From: Nannocystales bacterium
GTDB taxonomy: Bacteria > Myxococcota_A > Polyangia > Nannocystales > Nannocystaceae
Direction: 5' to 3'
Length of the DNA stretch: 64,000 nt
NCBI GenBank assembly: GCA_050633305.1
Contig: JBOEGF010000018.1
Coordinates: forward strand, 352,001 to 416,000
The stretch's first letter is position 1. Each line of letters begins with the position of its first letter. Below, piece by piece: positions 49,384 through 59,334 of this stretch. The notes under the pieces were generated by a model. It did no database searches, had not been told where the DNA came from, and saw only the letters and a program-made list of their open reading frames with translations. Made by a program: the position numbers and the translations under genes.

Positions 49384-50028
49384 ATGACTGAGACACTCGA
49401 AACCGCGCACACAACGCATCCTCCGATGCGGGGCCTTCAGGCACTGATGGAGCGCTACATCGACGGAGACCAACGCGCGTTTGCGACGCTCCACCGACGG
49501 TTGTACCCACGGGTTCGCGCCCGTCTGGGCCGGATGGTTCGCGATGACGCGTTGGTCCAAGACCTCGTTCAGCAGACTTTCTTGCGCGCGCACCAAGCCC
49601 GTCACCGGTACGAGACCGGCCCTGGCGCGGGCGACCGAGCGGTCGAGGGTTGGTTCCTCGCGATCGCCCGAAACGCAGCGCTTGATGCGATGCGTCATCA
49701 ATACCGCCGCGACAGGCGCCACGCGACGCTCGAGGCGCGCGGCGAAGTCGAGGGCATGGGCGTGTCGATGGAGCGGCTCGATTCCGAGGCCGCACACATC
49801 GAGGAGGAGCGCGAGTTGGCCGAAGTCCGGCGCGTTCGTGCCGCGATCGATCAGCTGCCGCCCACCCAGCGCGAGGTGGTGAAGATGCACAAGCTTTCGG
49901 GAATGCCGATGGCAGAGATCTCGGACCGCCTCGGCGTACGGCCTGGGGCGCTGCGCGTACGAGCCCATCGCGCCTACAAAGCGTTGGCTCGGATGCTTCG
50001 CCCCGAGACTGCTGCGACACCCGCGTAG
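49384..50028 (+). CDS. ECF RNA polymerase sigma factor (no adjacent anti-sigma)
   Basis: DLVQQTFLRAH, WFLAIARNAALD, LPPTQREVV...EISDRLG..PGALRVRAHRA. Confidence 0.92.
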   Translation: MTETLETAHTTHPPMRGLQALMERYIDGDQRAFATLHRRLYPRVRARLGRMVRDDALVQDLVQQTFLRAHQARHRYETGPGAGDRAVEGWFLAIARNAALDAMRHQYRRDRRHATLEARGEVEGMGVSMERLDSEAAHIEEERELAEVRRVRAAIDQLPPTQREVVKMHKLSGMPMAEISDRLGVRPGALRVRAHRAYKALARMLRPETAATPA

Positions 50029-50047
50029 GTGCGGGGTACCCTCGCCT

Positions 50048-51121
50048 CTACGAGGTTGGGGCGGTGCGCTCGACGATCCGGGGACGAGCCGACGAGATGA
50101 TGAACAGGTCATCTCCGTCGGCGAGTTCATAGTCGGGCCCAGGGTTGATGTTCTGGGTTCCCGCTCTGCGTAGCCCGATCAACATCACGTTCTCTTGCGC
50201 GAGTTCAGCCGCGAGATCGGCGAACCGGAACGACCCGGAGCCCTTGAGTGCGAACGGGACGGCATCGACCTGCTGCGGCGTCCGATTCGACGCAAGGTCG
50301 TTGAACAGCTGCTGAATCTGCAGCCCTTCGCGGGCTTGGGCCAGCAGCTGCGTGGTGAGCTCGGTGACGCAGATCGCCGTGGAGGCGCCGGCCTTGAGCA
50401 TCAGCTCCTTGTGCAGCGGCGAGACACACTCGACCACGATCGTCAGTTTGCTGTTGGTCGATTGCAACGCAACAAGCACACCGAGGTTGAAGGAGTCGCT
50501 GTTCTCGTCCCGCTCCGAGCGAGCGAACAGGATCACGTCGGCGGCCTGAGAGATACCGGCACGCTCGAGTGCTTCCTCGTTGATGGGGGAGCCCTTGACG
50601 AAGTGGACGTGCAAGCGCGCGAGCGTCTCGGGGAGCTCGTCGATCTGGTCGGTCAGCAACACGAACTCGCGGTCATCGAGGTGCGTGTCGTGGCGGAGCT
50701 CGTCGATCATCTCTACGAGCTTTGCCTCGCCCGGGTAGTTGATGAGGACGATGTGTCGACGGAAGTTGAAGTCGTTCATCCCGCGGAGCTCCTTGGTCTT
50801 TTCTTCGATCAGGTAGGTCGTGATGACGGAGAGGCCGTACGCGAGCACGCCTCCGCCTGCGATCATCGCGGGGAACGCGATGAGGAAACGGCCGCCCAGC
50901 GAGACCGGGGCGTAGTCGCCATAGCCCACGGTCGTCATGGTGACGACGCTCCACCACAACGAGTCCAGCAGGGTGAGCTCGGGGTTGTGCGGGGACTCGA
51001 ACAGGTAGAACCCGACGCTTCCAAACGTCCAGAACATCGCAACGAAGCCCACGACCTTCAGCTGCAACCGCGTCTGGACCTGCCTGCGAATCCGAAGCAG
51101 GAATTGGAACAGCAACCCCAT
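50048..51121 (-). CDS. 2TM potassium channel with RCK (TrkA-N/C) domains
   Basis: SLWWSVVTMTTVGYGD; HIVLIN; ALERAGISQA. Confidence 0.92.
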   Translation of the reverse strand: MGLLFQFLLRIRRQVQTRLQLKVVGFVAMFWTFGSVGFYLFESPHNPELTLLDSLWWSVVTMTTVGYGDYAPVSLGGRFLIAFPAMIAGGGVLAYGLSVITTYLIEEKTKELRGMNDFNFRRHIVLINYPGEAKLVEMIDELRHDTHLDDREFVLLTDQIDELPETLARLHVHFVKGSPINEEALERAGISQAADVILFARSERDENSDSFNLGVLVALQSTNSKLTIVVECVSPLHKELMLKAGASTAICVTELTTQLLAQAREGLQIQQLFNDLASNRTPQQVDAVPFALKGSGSFRFADLAAELAQENVMLIGLRRAGTQNINPGPDYELADGDDLFIISSARPRIVERTAPTS

Positions 51122-51362
51122 GGGGCCGTGAGCTTAGAGCACATCTTCCGGCGTGGCCATGGCCTGTTCGGAGAGCGCAGGGACGACGACGGTTTACCGA
51201 AACGCCTCAGGACAGGCGGTGCGAGGCCGTTCCTTTCGCTTTGTCCTTCCTCCCGGAGGTGGGGAGAGACCCGGTGCGCCCCGAGCGTGGGGGGCGAGGC
51301 AACCCTCGTCGGGAGGAGCCGCGAGGCCCAGAGGCCGTCCCCCATGTGATATTGGCCGGCGC

Positions 51363-51977
51363 ATGCAAACGCTCGTTGTCGGCGTCGCAGGTGCCACCGG
51401 TTCAGGGAAAACCACGGTTGCCCATCGTTTGGCCGAGTCCGTGGCCGAGCACGTGTCTGTTCTGCAGCACGACTGGTACTACCGCGACCGACCGGAGCTG
51501 ACCTACGAAGAACGGTGCGAGCTCAATTTCGACCACCCCGATTCGCTTGATTCGGAGCTGCTCGTCGAGCACCTGACCAAGCTGCGGGCAGGGGAAGCGA
51601 TCGGTGCCCCGATGTACGACTTCACGACGCACCGTCGTGACGAGCAGTGCTTGCCGGTTCGGCCGGCGCCCATCTTGTTGGTCGAGGGCATCCTGGTCTT
51701 GGCGGACCCTCGGCTGCGGGAGCTGTTGGACATCAAGGTGTTCGTCGATACCGACGCCGACATCCGCGTGTTTCGTCGGATCCGGCGCGACATTGAGAAG
51801 CGCGGCCGGACGTTCGAGCAGATCCGTCAGCAGTACTACGCGACGGTGCGGCCGATGACGCTGCAGTTTGTCGAGCCCTCGAAACGGTGGGCCGACATCA
51901 TCATTCCCGAGGGCGGGCAGAATGCGGTGGCGCTCGACCTGCTGGCTGCCAAGCTTCGGAGCGTGGTGACGACGTGA
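51363..51977 (+). CDS. udk: Uridine kinase
   Basis: GVAGATGSGKTT, NFDHPDSLD, YDF..H.R, VEGIL, FVEPSK.WADII. Confidence 0.95.
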   Translation: MQTLVVGVAGATGSGKTTVAHRLAESVAEHVSVLQHDWYYRDRPELTYEERCELNFDHPDSLDSELLVEHLTKLRAGEAIGAPMYDFTTHRRDEQCLPVRPAPILLVEGILVLADPRLRELLDIKVFVDTDADIRVFRRIRRDIEKRGRTFEQIRQQYYATVRPMTLQFVEPSKRWADIIIPEGGQNAVALDLLAAKLRSVVTT

Positions 51978-52369
51978 GCGAGACGACGGACAAGCCAGTG
52001 GACGAGCCGGAAGCCGGGGCGGACAAGTCAGAGGCCGAAGCGGAGCCCACGGGCACCATGGCCAAGCTCAAAGGGTTTTTCTCCGAATACGGTCCCCTCG
52101 GGATTACCGTCTGGTTCACGATCTTCTTCGGGACGTGGGGCGCATTTCTCGTGCTGCTCAACGCGGGGGTAGACCTTGGAGGTTGGCTCTCCGGCGGCGA
52201 CGGCGGCGGATTCTTCGGCCGCTTCCTCAAGACGGGCGGGGTCACGGCGTTGGCCTACGGTGCGACTCAAGTCGTCAAACCCATCCGCATCATCGCGACC
52301 TTCGCGATCACGCCGCCGCTTCACTCTTTGCTGCTGCGTATCCGCGGCAAGCAAGAGCCCGACTCCTAG
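51974..52369 (+). CDS. DUF1279/FAM210-like membrane protein
   Basis: EYG..GI; ALAYGATQVVKPIRIIATFAITP; GTGA overlap with udk. Confidence 0.7.
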   Translation: MSETTDKPVDEPEAGADKSEAEAEPTGTMAKLKGFFSEYGPLGITVWFTIFFGTWGAFLVLLNAGVDLGGWLSGGDGGGFFGRFLKTGGVTALAYGATQVVKPIRIIATFAITPPLHSLLLRIRGKQEPDS

Positions 52370-52388
52370 AGTCCGCGGGGCGGGTCGT

Positions 52389-54131
52389 TCAGCTCCGCTT
52401 GCGCACGCAGATCACGGTGGCCGGCTCGCTCTTCTCCCAGGAGGAGAGGCGCCGGCCGCTGCGTTCGTAGACATACGCGAAGTCGGTGTCGTCGGTGTCG
52501 ACGGTCCGGGACCAGAACGAGCCCTTCGCGAGCATACCGATCGCGCCCAAGAGCTGAAGCTCCCGGCGATGCGGTAGTCGCCAGTCGTCCACGCCATCGA
52601 TCTCGAGTACCCGACACAGGCGCCGGGCACCGTCCCAGCGGGCCTTCGGAGGATCGGTGGTGGCCGTGTAGTACTTGTTGGAGACCTTCACGGCACGCCG
52701 CTCGATTGCGCGGGCGAGCTTGGTCTCCACCTCGGCACTCGACGGCGGGCTGAGGTCGGCTTCGGCCGAAGCCACCGGTGCTGGCGGTTCCACGGGCACG
52801 GGCTGGGGCTCGGGCTGGGGCTCGGGCTCGGGCTCGTCTGGGGCGGGATCCGCCTCCAACTCGTCTTCCGCGTCCACGGGGTTGGAGGCGCTGTCTGCGA
52901 CCGCCGCTGGCTCGGACCCGTCTTGTGGAGCATCAGGAGCAGGGTCTCCGGCGACAGCTTCGTCCTCCGCGTCGTCTTCTTCGGCAGCGTCCTCTACCAG
53001 GACGACCCCTGCCGGATCAGGCGCTCCCAGGTCGGCCTTCGGGTTCGGGTTGGCCGCGGCGGCGCTGGGCTTCTCGTCGCTCGGGGAGTCGACGTGCTCG
53101 CCCGCAGTTTCCGGTTCGTCTGCGGCGCCCGGCGCGTCCGCGGGTGCGTCTTCGTTTTGCTCGCCGCCGGCCGCCGCGATCGCCGTGGCTTGCATATCGG
53201 TGGGCAGGAATCGGTCGTAGGCGCCGAGTTGGTAGCTGGCGAACGCGGCTCCACCGACCAGGACGAGCACGAGAAGGACCCAAGCGCCGCCGCGTCTGCG
53301 CGGCGGTTCCGCGATGGCGGCACCGAAGTTGGCCGCGACCACAGCGCGCTCGGTTTCCTGCGGCACCGCATGGGGGTCGAGGCTGGGCACGCGCACGCGC
53401 TTGCGGTGGGTCTTGGGCGCGTCGCCGCGGGTGGAGCGGGCGACGGTGGGCATCTCATCACCGTCAAACTCTCCGGGGACGGCGGGCAGTGGCCCGGTCA
53501 CGGCGCGGTACTTCCGGGTCGGCTCGATTCGCGCCACGCGGTGAGGAGGTGTGATCGGGGGGGAAGCCTTGGACTTGGCGCTGCGTTTGCGCACCTGATC
53601 TCGCTTCACCGCGCGGTAGGTGCTGGTGTCGTTCTCGTCGATGACTCGGCTGCCAGAGTGCTCCCGCCACTGCCGGCGCTCATGCAGAGGGTCGGGTCGC
53701 GTCCCGCCGGGCATGCGTTCGAGGGCCTCGGCGAACCTGCGGACTTGGCCGACCATGGACAGCGGCAGGCTCAGGTCGAGGACGGCGACGAACAAGTGCT
53801 CATCCGGACCGCCGTGGGTGGCCAGCGCCTGTCGCAGCGGGCCGACAACGGTGTCCTTGAGCGCGCCTTGAACACACACGACGTAGATCGTGGGCCGATC
53901 GCGCGCGCCCCCGCGGTCGAGGATGGCCGAGCGAGCGTCGGACCCCGTGACCACCTCGGTCTCGAACCCGAGACCCTCGAGTGCTCGCCCAACCTCTCCG
54001 ACGATCCCCTCCACGCTGTTGGCACAGCACAACGTGAGCGCGTGGGTTCGCGGGGCCTGATCGGCAAGAGGTCCCGGCAGCAGCGGAGCCGCGTCCGCCT
54101 CGACCAGTTGCGGCTCGATTTCTCCCATCAC
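52389..54131 (-). CDS. Membrane protein: alpha/beta N-domain, TM, acidic/Pro linker, C-terminal DUF1566-like domain
   Basis: WDGARRLC..L..DGVDDWRLP..EL..L; FWS; ICVR end. Confidence 0.75.
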   Translation of the reverse strand: MMGEIEPQLVEADAAPLLPGPLADQAPRTHALTLCCANSVEGIVGEVGRALEGLGFETEVVTGSDARSAILDRGGARDRPTIYVVCVQGALKDTVVGPLRQALATHGGPDEHLFVAVLDLSLPLSMVGQVRRFAEALERMPGGTRPDPLHERRQWREHSGSRVIDENDTSTYRAVKRDQVRKRSAKSKASPPITPPHRVARIEPTRKYRAVTGPLPAVPGEFDGDEMPTVARSTRGDAPKTHRKRVRVPSLDPHAVPQETERAVVAANFGAAIAEPPRRRGGAWVLLVLVLVGGAAFASYQLGAYDRFLPTDMQATAIAAAGGEQNEDAPADAPGAADEPETAGEHVDSPSDEKPSAAAANPNPKADLGAPDPAGVVLVEDAAEEDDAEDEAVAGDPAPDAPQDGSEPAAVADSASNPVDAEDELEADPAPDEPEPEPQPEPQPVPVEPPAPVASAEADLSPPSSAEVETKLARAIERRAVKVSNKYYTATTDPPKARWDGARRLCRVLEIDGVDDWRLPHRRELQLLGAIGMLAKGSFWSRTVDTDDTDFAYVYERSGRRLSSWEKSEPATVICVRKRS

Positions 54132-54185
54132 CCCCGACGTCTCGCACCATAATGTAACAGATGCGGGGCGGCGTTCAGCTCGCGG

Positions 54186-55709
54186 CTACAATTCGTCGGC
54201 CTTCTTGGAGATCGGCCCGCGATAGTTGTTCTCGAGGCTGATCTGCGCAACGACCGGCCCGAACCCTTTGTAGGTTTGCTTGACGCGGGTGAGTGCATTC
54301 GAGCGCCAGTCCACGTAGGGGTTGTCGATCTGCACGGGGTCGAGGCAGCCGGCAAGGACCACCTTGGAGGTCTCGCAGAAGCGGCTCATCAGGGTTTTGG
54401 CGAGGTGTCGGTCTCCGTTTTGAAGCTCATCGACGAGGACGATGGAGCTCTCGATGTCCAGGCCCCGCAGCAGTGAGGTGGAGAGCATGTGCATCATCTT
54501 GCGGTGCTCGAGCTCGGCCATGAAGTCGTGCTCGTTGATCGCACTGAGTGCCCGCATGTGCTGCATGAAGGGCTCCAGCCACGGGGAGACCTTCTCATTG
54601 AAGTCGCCGGGCAAGTAGCCGAGTTCGTAGTTGCTCGAGGGGTGCTCGGGCCGCAGCAAGAACATGCCGTTCTCGAAGCGGTTGGTGTGGGCGAGTGCGG
54701 AGTTCCTGGAGAACCGCATCGCAGTCGGCTGGCCCAACAACTGGTGCAGCGCGGCCGCCATCATCAGGCGGGTCTTTCCTGAGCCCGCGGGACCATCGAG
54801 GACGACCAGCTGGACCGCGGGGTCGAGCATGAACTCCATGGCGAAGCACTGCAGGGGGTCACGTGGGGTCATGCCCAGGATGGGTCGCGGGCTGTAGGTC
54901 AGCCGTTTGCGATCCCAGTACAAGGCGAAGCGGAGTTCGTGGAGTTCTCGGGTTTCGAGGTCCGCACGAAGCAGAAGCTCGTCATCCCCCGACTGGAGGA
55001 TCACGCCTGTGTTCCACATCAGGCGCTCGGTGATCGCGGGATCGAGTGTGTCCAAGGCGATCGAGCGCTCCATCGGCGGGGCGCCATCGAGAAAGTCTCG
55101 CATCACGCTCGGCTCGACTTCGGCGCGGATATAGCCTCGGTAGACCTCTTTGGGACTGTCCAGCTCCAGCTTTCCGAAGCGCAGGGCTTCTCCACGAAGT
55201 CCAACGGCGTCGCATTTGAGCAAGACGTTGCTGTCCTCCGAAACGACAACCACGCTGTAGCGGCCCGGCGCGCATTCGTCAGCGACCGCGGCCACCCTGC
55301 GCGCTCCCGCGACGATCAGGTTGTCCCCCGTCGTCGCGTCGTACGGTGCCATCGTGTCCCCTTCGGGCTCCCAGGCGAGCGTGCCGCGCTTGGCGTTGAG
55401 ATCCGGGGTTGCATGCGCGCCCGCCTGAAACAGCTCACGGATGTCGTGTGAGATCAGCCCCTGTCCGCGCAACGTCAGGATGTTCCGCATGACCGAGCGA
55501 GCCGCAGCACGGACTCCCTCGGACTTGTTGCGGCTGGCCTGAAGTCGCCCCAACTCTTCGATGACCTGGTGCAGCAACACGACGACATTGCCGTCGGTGA
55601 GCAAGCGGTCGAGCGAGTCAGGATTCTCGACGAGCGACGAGGTATCGGGGATGTAGACGGTGCCGGAGAGCGGAGCCGAGTCCAATGGCATCGATTTCCG
55701 TCGTACCAT
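54186..55709 (-). CDS. PIN-PhoH (PhoH2/YlaK-like) ATPase/RNase
   Basis: PIN IPDTSSL...VIEEL...DNLI...SEDSNV; GPAGSGKT; LGYLPGD; RGLDI..VDELQN. Confidence 0.9.
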   Translation of the reverse strand: MVRRKSMPLDSAPLSGTVYIPDTSSLVENPDSLDRLLTDGNVVVLLHQVIEELGRLQASRNKSEGVRAAARSVMRNILTLRGQGLISHDIRELFQAGAHATPDLNAKRGTLAWEPEGDTMAPYDATTGDNLIVAGARRVAAVADECAPGRYSVVVVSEDSNVLLKCDAVGLRGEALRFGKLELDSPKEVYRGYIRAEVEPSVMRDFLDGAPPMERSIALDTLDPAITERLMWNTGVILQSGDDELLLRADLETRELHELRFALYWDRKRLTYSPRPILGMTPRDPLQCFAMEFMLDPAVQLVVLDGPAGSGKTRLMMAAALHQLLGQPTAMRFSRNSALAHTNRFENGMFLLRPEHPSSNYELGYLPGDFNEKVSPWLEPFMQHMRALSAINEHDFMAELEHRKMMHMLSTSLLRGLDIESSIVLVDELQNGDRHLAKTLMSRFCETSKVVLAGCLDPVQIDNPYVDWRSNALTRVKQTYKGFGPVVAQISLENNYRGPISKKADEL

Positions 55710-55931
55710 GGCCGGCGTATCCGGTCTTTCGGCCGCCCCGCGCCACCGCGCTTTTCGAGTATTTCGGATCGTTTAGCGCGCGGTGGTTTCGGGCGTGCGC
55801 ACGCATTCGGCAAACGCGCATGGTGTGCGAAAAGGTGAGCTGAGACGACGGGCCATGCGGCCGGGGGCGTTGATCGATGAGCGGGTCGCGGTGTACGAGT
55901 GCGCATCCCCTATTCGGGGAAGGACGCTGCA

Positions 55932-56948
55932 ATGACCACCAAAATCGCCATCAACGGGTTCGGACGCATCGGTCGTCTGGTGTATCGCATCGCCGCGGAG
56001 CGCGGAGACATTGAGATCGTTGCTGTCAACGACCTCGTTTCCGCACCCAACCTGGCCTACCTCTTGGAGTACGACTCCACGCACGGCCGGATTGGGAAGT
56101 CGGTCGAGCTCAGCGAGAACGGTTTCTCCGTCGACGGAAAAGAGACCAAGTGCCTCAGTGAGCGCGACCCTGCTGCGCTCCCCTGGAAGGACCTTGGCGT
56201 CGACTACGTGCTCGAAGCAACGGGGCTTTTTACCAAGCTCGACGACGCGAGCAAGCACGTGCAGGCGGGAGCCAAGCGCGTCCTGATCTCCGCGCCGACC
56301 AAGACCCCCGACACCGTTCCGACGTTCGCCTACAAGGTCAACCACGAAGGATACGACCCTGCCCAGCACACGGTCCTGTCCAACGCGTCGTGCACCACGA
56401 ACTGCCTGGCGCCGGTCGCCAAGGTGATCAATGACAGCTTCGGGTTGGCCGAAGGTCTGATGACCACCGTTCACGCGGCGACGGCGACGCAGCCCACCCA
56501 AGACGGTCCGACCAAGAAGGACTTCCGTGGTGGACGCAACGCATACACGAACATCATCCCCGCGAGCACCGGCGCTGCGAAGGCGGTCGGCCTGTGCATT
56601 CCCGAGCTGCAAGGCAAGATCACGGGCATGGCGTTCCGCGTTCCGACGGCGGATGTCTCGGTCGTCGACCTCACCTTCCGCACGGACAAGAAGACCAGCA
56701 TCGCCGAGATCAGCGCGGCCATGAAGGCCGCCGCGGAAGGCCCCATGAAGGGCGTTCTCGGCTACACGGAGGCACCTGTCGTGTCCTCGGACTTCATCTC
56801 CGACCCCCACAGCAGCATCTACGACGCCACCGCGGCGATCCAGCTCAACGATCAGTTCTTCAAGATCGTCAGCTGGTACGACAACGAGTGGGGCTACTCC
56901 ACGCGCTGCGTCGACATGATCGAGATGATGGCAAAAAAAGACCGATAG
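55932..56948 (+). CDS. gap: Type I glyceraldehyde-3-phosphate dehydrogenase
   Basis: [39 protein letters not shown]. Confidence 0.98.
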   Translation: MTTKIAINGFGRIGRLVYRIAAERGDIEIVAVNDLVSAPNLAYLLEYDSTHGRIGKSVELSENGFSVDGKETKCLSERDPAALPWKDLGVDYVLEATGLFTKLDDASKHVQAGAKRVLISAPTKTPDTVPTFAYKVNHEGYDPAQHTVLSNASCTTNCLAPVAKVINDSFGLAEGLMTTVHAATATQPTQDGPTKKDFRGGRNAYTNIIPASTGAAKAVGLCIPELQGKITGMAFRVPTADVSVVDLTFRTDKKTSIAEISAAMKAAAEGPMKGVLGYTEAPVVSSDFISDPHSSIYDATAAIQLNDQFFKIVSWYDNEWGYSTRCVDMIEMMAKKDR

Positions 56949-57025
56949 CCTTGTTGGCACACCGCTCCTTCATTCGGTGTGCCGGCTATCGGTCGTAGAA
57001 CTTGGCGTTTGGTGCCGAGCTCTGA

Positions 57026-57070
57026 CGAGGGGGTTGAGAACCGTGGGTTCTCTTCTCCCTCGATTTTTTT
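57026..57070 (+). terminator. Intrinsic terminator downstream of gap
   Basis: cgaggg..gagaacc-gtg-ggttctc..ccctcg followed by T7. Confidence 0.8.
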
Positions 57071-57212
57071 GGCTGTCGCCTGGAGTCTCGGTACAGACCC
57101 CAACCATTCAATAGCGGATCCAAGGGGGGTTCGTCACGTGAAGATCGCATCGAGCCTCGCGCTTGGCTCGCGATCGCTTTCATCGAACGTCGCGCGGCGG
57201 CACACTCGACGC

Positions 57213-58256
57213 ATGTTGGATGTGCGTTCGAAGTTGGAGCTGGCGCTGGGACGGCGACTGGTGCGGATGCCGGACGCATGGCTCGATCGTCTTGGCGCGA
57301 GGCTTCACGTCGCGCGCGACGGCTTCACGATCAACCGGCGAGTCCACTTCGCCGTGCGGCTGATGGACCGCGCCAATGGAGGCAAGGGATTGCACGCGTT
57401 CGGAGTGCACGGGGCGCGTGAGCAGATGGCTCGCTTGCCGGCGTTGATGGATCCGGAGTCGCCGAGGGGTTCGCGAGTTCATGACGCCGAGTTCGACGGA
57501 CCTCGTGGCATGGTCCGTGTACGCATCTACGCGCCCCCAGGTGTGCACGGTGACGCGCCGGTCTTGGTCTACTTCCACGGAGGCGGCGGGGTGGTGGGTG
57601 ACCTCGAGACGCACGATGTCCCGTGCCGTGTGTTGTGTCGGGAGGCGGAGTGCACGGTGGTCTCGGTCGAGTACGGCCTCGCCCCCGAAAACCCTTTTCC
57701 AGCGGGGCTTAACGACTGCCTCGCGGCATTTCGCTGGATCCGCGACCACCCCGAGCTGGTGAACTCGGACGGACGGTTGGCGGTTGGCGGCGATTCGATG
57801 GGGGCGAACCTCGCGGCGTCCGTCGCCCTGCTGACCCGGGGGGAGGGGGGACCGTGTTTTCAGTTGTTGATCTATCCGATGACGGACCCCGTGGAGCCCT
57901 CCGCATCGCGTCGGGCGTTTGCCCGGGGTTTCCTGTTGGAGGCGGACACGGTCGACTGGTTTGAGCAGACGTATCTCGGCGGTGCAGATCCCAACGATCC
58001 TCGCATCGCGGTTCTTCGGACTCCCGACCTCGGTGGTGTTGCGTCTGCCTACATCGCGACTGCCGGCTTCGATCCCTTGAGAGATGAGGGGCACGCGTAC
58101 GCGGATGCTCTCCAGGCGGCGGGGGTCGCCGTGGAGCGCCGGTGCTTCGGTGATCAGGTGCACGGCTTCCTACACATGACGGGAGCCGTCCCCGGAGCAT
58201 CGGCCGCACTCGAGCGAATTGGCGAGGCGTTGGCAGCAGGGTTTGCGGCGAGCTGA
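57213..58256 (+). CDS. Hormone-sensitive-lipase family esterase (alpha/beta hydrolase)
   Basis: YFHGGG, GDSMG, DPLRDEG, HGF. Confidence 0.93.
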   Translation: MLDVRSKLELALGRRLVRMPDAWLDRLGARLHVARDGFTINRRVHFAVRLMDRANGGKGLHAFGVHGAREQMARLPALMDPESPRGSRVHDAEFDGPRGMVRVRIYAPPGVHGDAPVLVYFHGGGGVVGDLETHDVPCRVLCREAECTVVSVEYGLAPENPFPAGLNDCLAAFRWIRDHPELVNSDGRLAVGGDSMGANLAASVALLTRGEGGPCFQLLIYPMTDPVEPSASRRAFARGFLLEADTVDWFEQTYLGGADPNDPRIAVLRTPDLGGVASAYIATAGFDPLRDEGHAYADALQAAGVAVERRCFGDQVHGFLHMTGAVPGASAALERIGEALAAGFAAS

Positions 58257-58338
58257 CCTGCGCGCGATGACGACACGGGGCGTCTGCAAAACTTCCAGTA
58301 CGCCCGGGCGCCGTGCGATGCTCCCGCCCACGGATCTC

Positions 58339-58869
58339 ATGCGTACGTCTGCACTCATTTTCTCCGTGACTCTCTGCTTCTCTCTTGGCGCTTGCGACAG
58401 CGGCAACTCAGCACCGAAGCCCAACCCCGCCGCAGACGCGAAGGCGAAAGAGGCGGACGAGAAGAAGAAGCGTGTCGAAGCGAAGCGCCTGGAGCGTGAA
58501 GCCAAGGCGAAGGCCGAAAAGGAGGAGGCCGCCAAGCATCAGGCGGCCATTGATGCTCTGCTCGTGCTTCCCGAGAAAATGCCCAAGAAACTCGACAAGG
58601 CCTGCAAGGCGGCCAGCGAGGCTCAGGACGCGTTCATGCTTCGCCACTACGACGGGGATGCGGTCGAGAAGTGGAACGCCGCGAAGAGTTCGCAGCTCCA
58701 GATGGCGGTTGCGACTTGCACGAAGCTGGGCAGCATCGAGTCGGCGGCATGCCAGGCCAACGCGCTGGCGACCGCGCCGACCGAGCTGAAGAAGGCCCTT
58801 CCGGACATCCTGCGCGGCTGCATGGAGAAGTTCGGCAAGCCGGCTGCAGGCGGCCCGCCACCGAAGTGA
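58339..58869 (+). CDS. Helical lipoprotein, hypothetical
   Basis: Lipobox LGAC; Lys/Glu/Ala coil; 4 further Cys. Confidence 0.75.
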   Translation: MRTSALIFSVTLCFSLGACDSGNSAPKPNPAADAKAKEADEKKKRVEAKRLEREAKAKAEKEEAAKHQAAIDALLVLPEKMPKKLDKACKAASEAQDAFMLRHYDGDAVEKWNAAKSSQLQMAVATCTKLGSIESAACQANALATAPTELKKALPDILRGCMEKFGKPAAGGPPPK

Positions 58870-58873
58870 GTCG

Positions 58874-59305
58874 ATGAGCTCGATCGGCAGCATCTACGAC
58901 GACGCTCCCGCTGGCGAGGACCGGGGCCCGGACCTGCGCGCGAGCGTGAAGGTGCCGCGCTCGGGGTTGGGCGCACCGGACGGTGTGTGTGTTCCGCTGC
59001 CACCTACGCTCACGCTCGATGGCGCCGAAGTGGAGCGCGCGCCGCAGCCGGGCGAGTCGCTGGATTCGATCACACTACGCCTTCCGGAGGACTTCCCCGA
59101 CGGTGCGACGCTTCGTTTGAGAGGTGCCGGAGGTCGCGGGACGAAGGGCAGCGGAGACCTGTTCCTTCGGGTGGAGATCTCCTCGGATGCGATCGTCGTG
59201 TCGCCACCACGGGAAGTCGCGACCCAAGAGGGCTCATCGACCCCGGTGGTGGCGAGTCTGGCGATCGCGGCGATCATCGCACTCCTCTACGTCTTGCTGG
59301 GCTGA
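58874..59305 (+). CDS. DnaJ C-terminal-domain-only protein with C-terminal TM
   Basis: RGPDLRASVKV; LRLP...DGATLRLRGAG...GDLFLRVEI. Confidence 0.75.
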   Translation: MSSIGSIYDDAPAGEDRGPDLRASVKVPRSGLGAPDGVCVPLPPTLTLDGAEVERAPQPGESLDSITLRLPEDFPDGATLRLRGAGGRGTKGSGDLFLRVEISSDAIVVSPPREVATQEGSSTPVVASLAIAAIIALLYVLLG

Positions 59306-59334
59306 ACTCGGTGGCGAAGCTCGAGGCATCCCCC

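Noticed and set aside
51150..51350. Possible c-di-AMP or other riboswitch upstream of the K+ channel
   Set aside because: Several GC hairpins are present but no riboswitch consensus, and TAAGCT 9 nt before the channel ATG implies almost no leader
52389..52700. DUF1566 domain as a diversity-generating retroelement target
   Set aside because: No reverse transcriptase and no template-repeat copy seen in the window
54186..55709. PIN-PhoH as the toxin of a toxin-antitoxin pair
   Set aside because: No credible small antitoxin ORF upstream; the flanking region is the divergent promoter shared with gap
56955..56970. Other TGGCAC hexamers (also near 9283 and 48616) as sigma54 promoters
   Set aside because: No correctly spaced -12 GC element
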